From Antedon mediterranea (Eukaryota > Animalia > Echinodermata): 64,000 bases of DNA. Location of the stretch: assembly GCF_964355755.1 (NCBI RefSeq), contig NC_092676.1, positions 15,022,871 to 15,086,870 of the forward strand, given 5' to 3'. Of this stretch, positions 62,918 through 64,000 are shown piece by piece. The position numbers and the translations under genes are program-made. The notes beneath the pieces are model-generated. The model was given only the letters and a program-made list of their open reading frames with translations. It made no database searches and was not told the origin of the DNA. Every line of letters starts with the position of its first letter. Positions within the stretch are counted from its first letter, which is position 1.

Positions 62918-63807
62918 ATCAAATACGCAGATGGTACTGATTGGTCTATTGAAAAATACTGACGATCATGTGTATAAGGCTGAATATGTTAAATTAATGT
63001 CATGGTGCAATGACAATTACCTTAAGATTAATTTTAATAAAACTAAAGAAATTATATGGGATTTTAGGAAAAAGAAAAATGAAAAAAGTTATCTGATAGT
63101 TAATGATCAGACAATTGAACGTGTTCATGAAACCAATCTTGGTACACATATTGATGATCAACTTAGTTTTGGAAAAAATACGGCCGAGATAATTAAGAAA
63201 GGTCACCAAAGGTTATATTTCCTAAGAAAGCTAAATAAATTTAATGTTAGCTGTGGTACTTTAAAATTATTCTATGAAACAGACTTTATTCAATCAGTAC
63301 TCTAGTTATCTCTTTTATTGCTTGGTTCGGTAATTTAAATGAAACACACAAGAAAGGTCTCATTAGAATTACTAAGATAGCATCAAATATAATTGGTTGT
63401 ACGGTTAATGATTTAAAATATCTTTATGAAAAACAGGTCCTAAGTAAATTAAGTAAAATTTTAGAAGATAAGAAACATCCATTACATATGAGATTTTTTT
63501 AAAACAAGTCAGGCCGGCTACGGGCCCCTAGAGCTGATACGTCAAGAAACCGATTGTCTTTTGTACCAAATTCAACTCATATTTTTAACTCAAAGAATTG
63601 TTAGATCATAATAGCGCACATGCAATATATATTTTAAAGTTTTACTGTTGATGGATGTTTTAATTAATGTTTTTAAATTGTAAATTTTTTCTATGTATGA
63701 TGTAATTATGAATGTTTTACCATATTTTTCTGTCGAGGAAAACAATTTTTCCATGTACAATTTAGTATATATGGAACGAATAAAGATTTGATTTGATTTG
63801 ATTTGAT
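62918..63807 (+). mobile_element. 5'-truncated, decayed LINE (L2/Crack/CR1 group) reverse transcriptase 3' fragment
   Basis: IKYAD(D) motif remnant, then WCNDNYLKINFNKTKEIIWDFRK..LGTHIDDQLSF..KKGHQRLYFLRKL, stops downstream, AATAAA plus (GATTT)n tail at 63779-63807. Confidence 0.85.
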
Positions 63808-64000
63808 ATCTGGTTTATTTATTTCATATTAACTCAAAGTGAATGATGATATATAGTCTGTCTCCTGAAAAATAGTTATTTTTGTTAAATATGCCATTTT
63901 AATGTCATAATAATTATTCATTTTGACCAAAAATTGGACCAAGAAAAAATTATTAACCTGAAAAACTGTAATTTAAAGCAATTAATACTCAAATTTTGAA

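Overview
AT-rich, intron-containing animal genomic DNA. An invertebrate, possibly an echinoderm, is my guess from composition and repeat style only. I reconstructed the spliced genes by eye from GT-AG boundaries and frame continuity. (1) An OGFr-family (opioid growth factor receptor-like) gene on the minus strand, ~3.4-12.9 kb. Its intact core is flanked by two tandem arrays of duplicated acidic exons (4 x ~265 bp and 9 x ~430 bp). (2) An 8-exon ankyrin-repeat gene on the plus strand (26706-30154). (3) NSFL1C/p47 on the minus strand (9 exons, 30827-42755). (4) An intact, intronless pogo/Tigger transposase-derived ORF that lacks its first catalytic Asp. It sits inside the last NSFL1C intron on the same strand, with a candidate in-frame splice acceptor, so a p47-transposase fusion isoform is possible. 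(5) CNOT4 on the minus strand (48580-60024). Intergenic and intronic DNA is dense in nested non-autonomous DNA elements (two with perfect 9-bp TSDs), SINEs, a Helitron-like end and a 5'-truncated LINE. Other notable signals: a (TA)n-flanked composite at 44-45.3 kb with two minimal type I hammerhead ribozymes 984 nt apart enclosing a tRNA-Asp(ATC)-like cloverleaf, and a decayed RAG1/Chapaev-like N-terminal zinc motif at ~16.1-16.2 kb.
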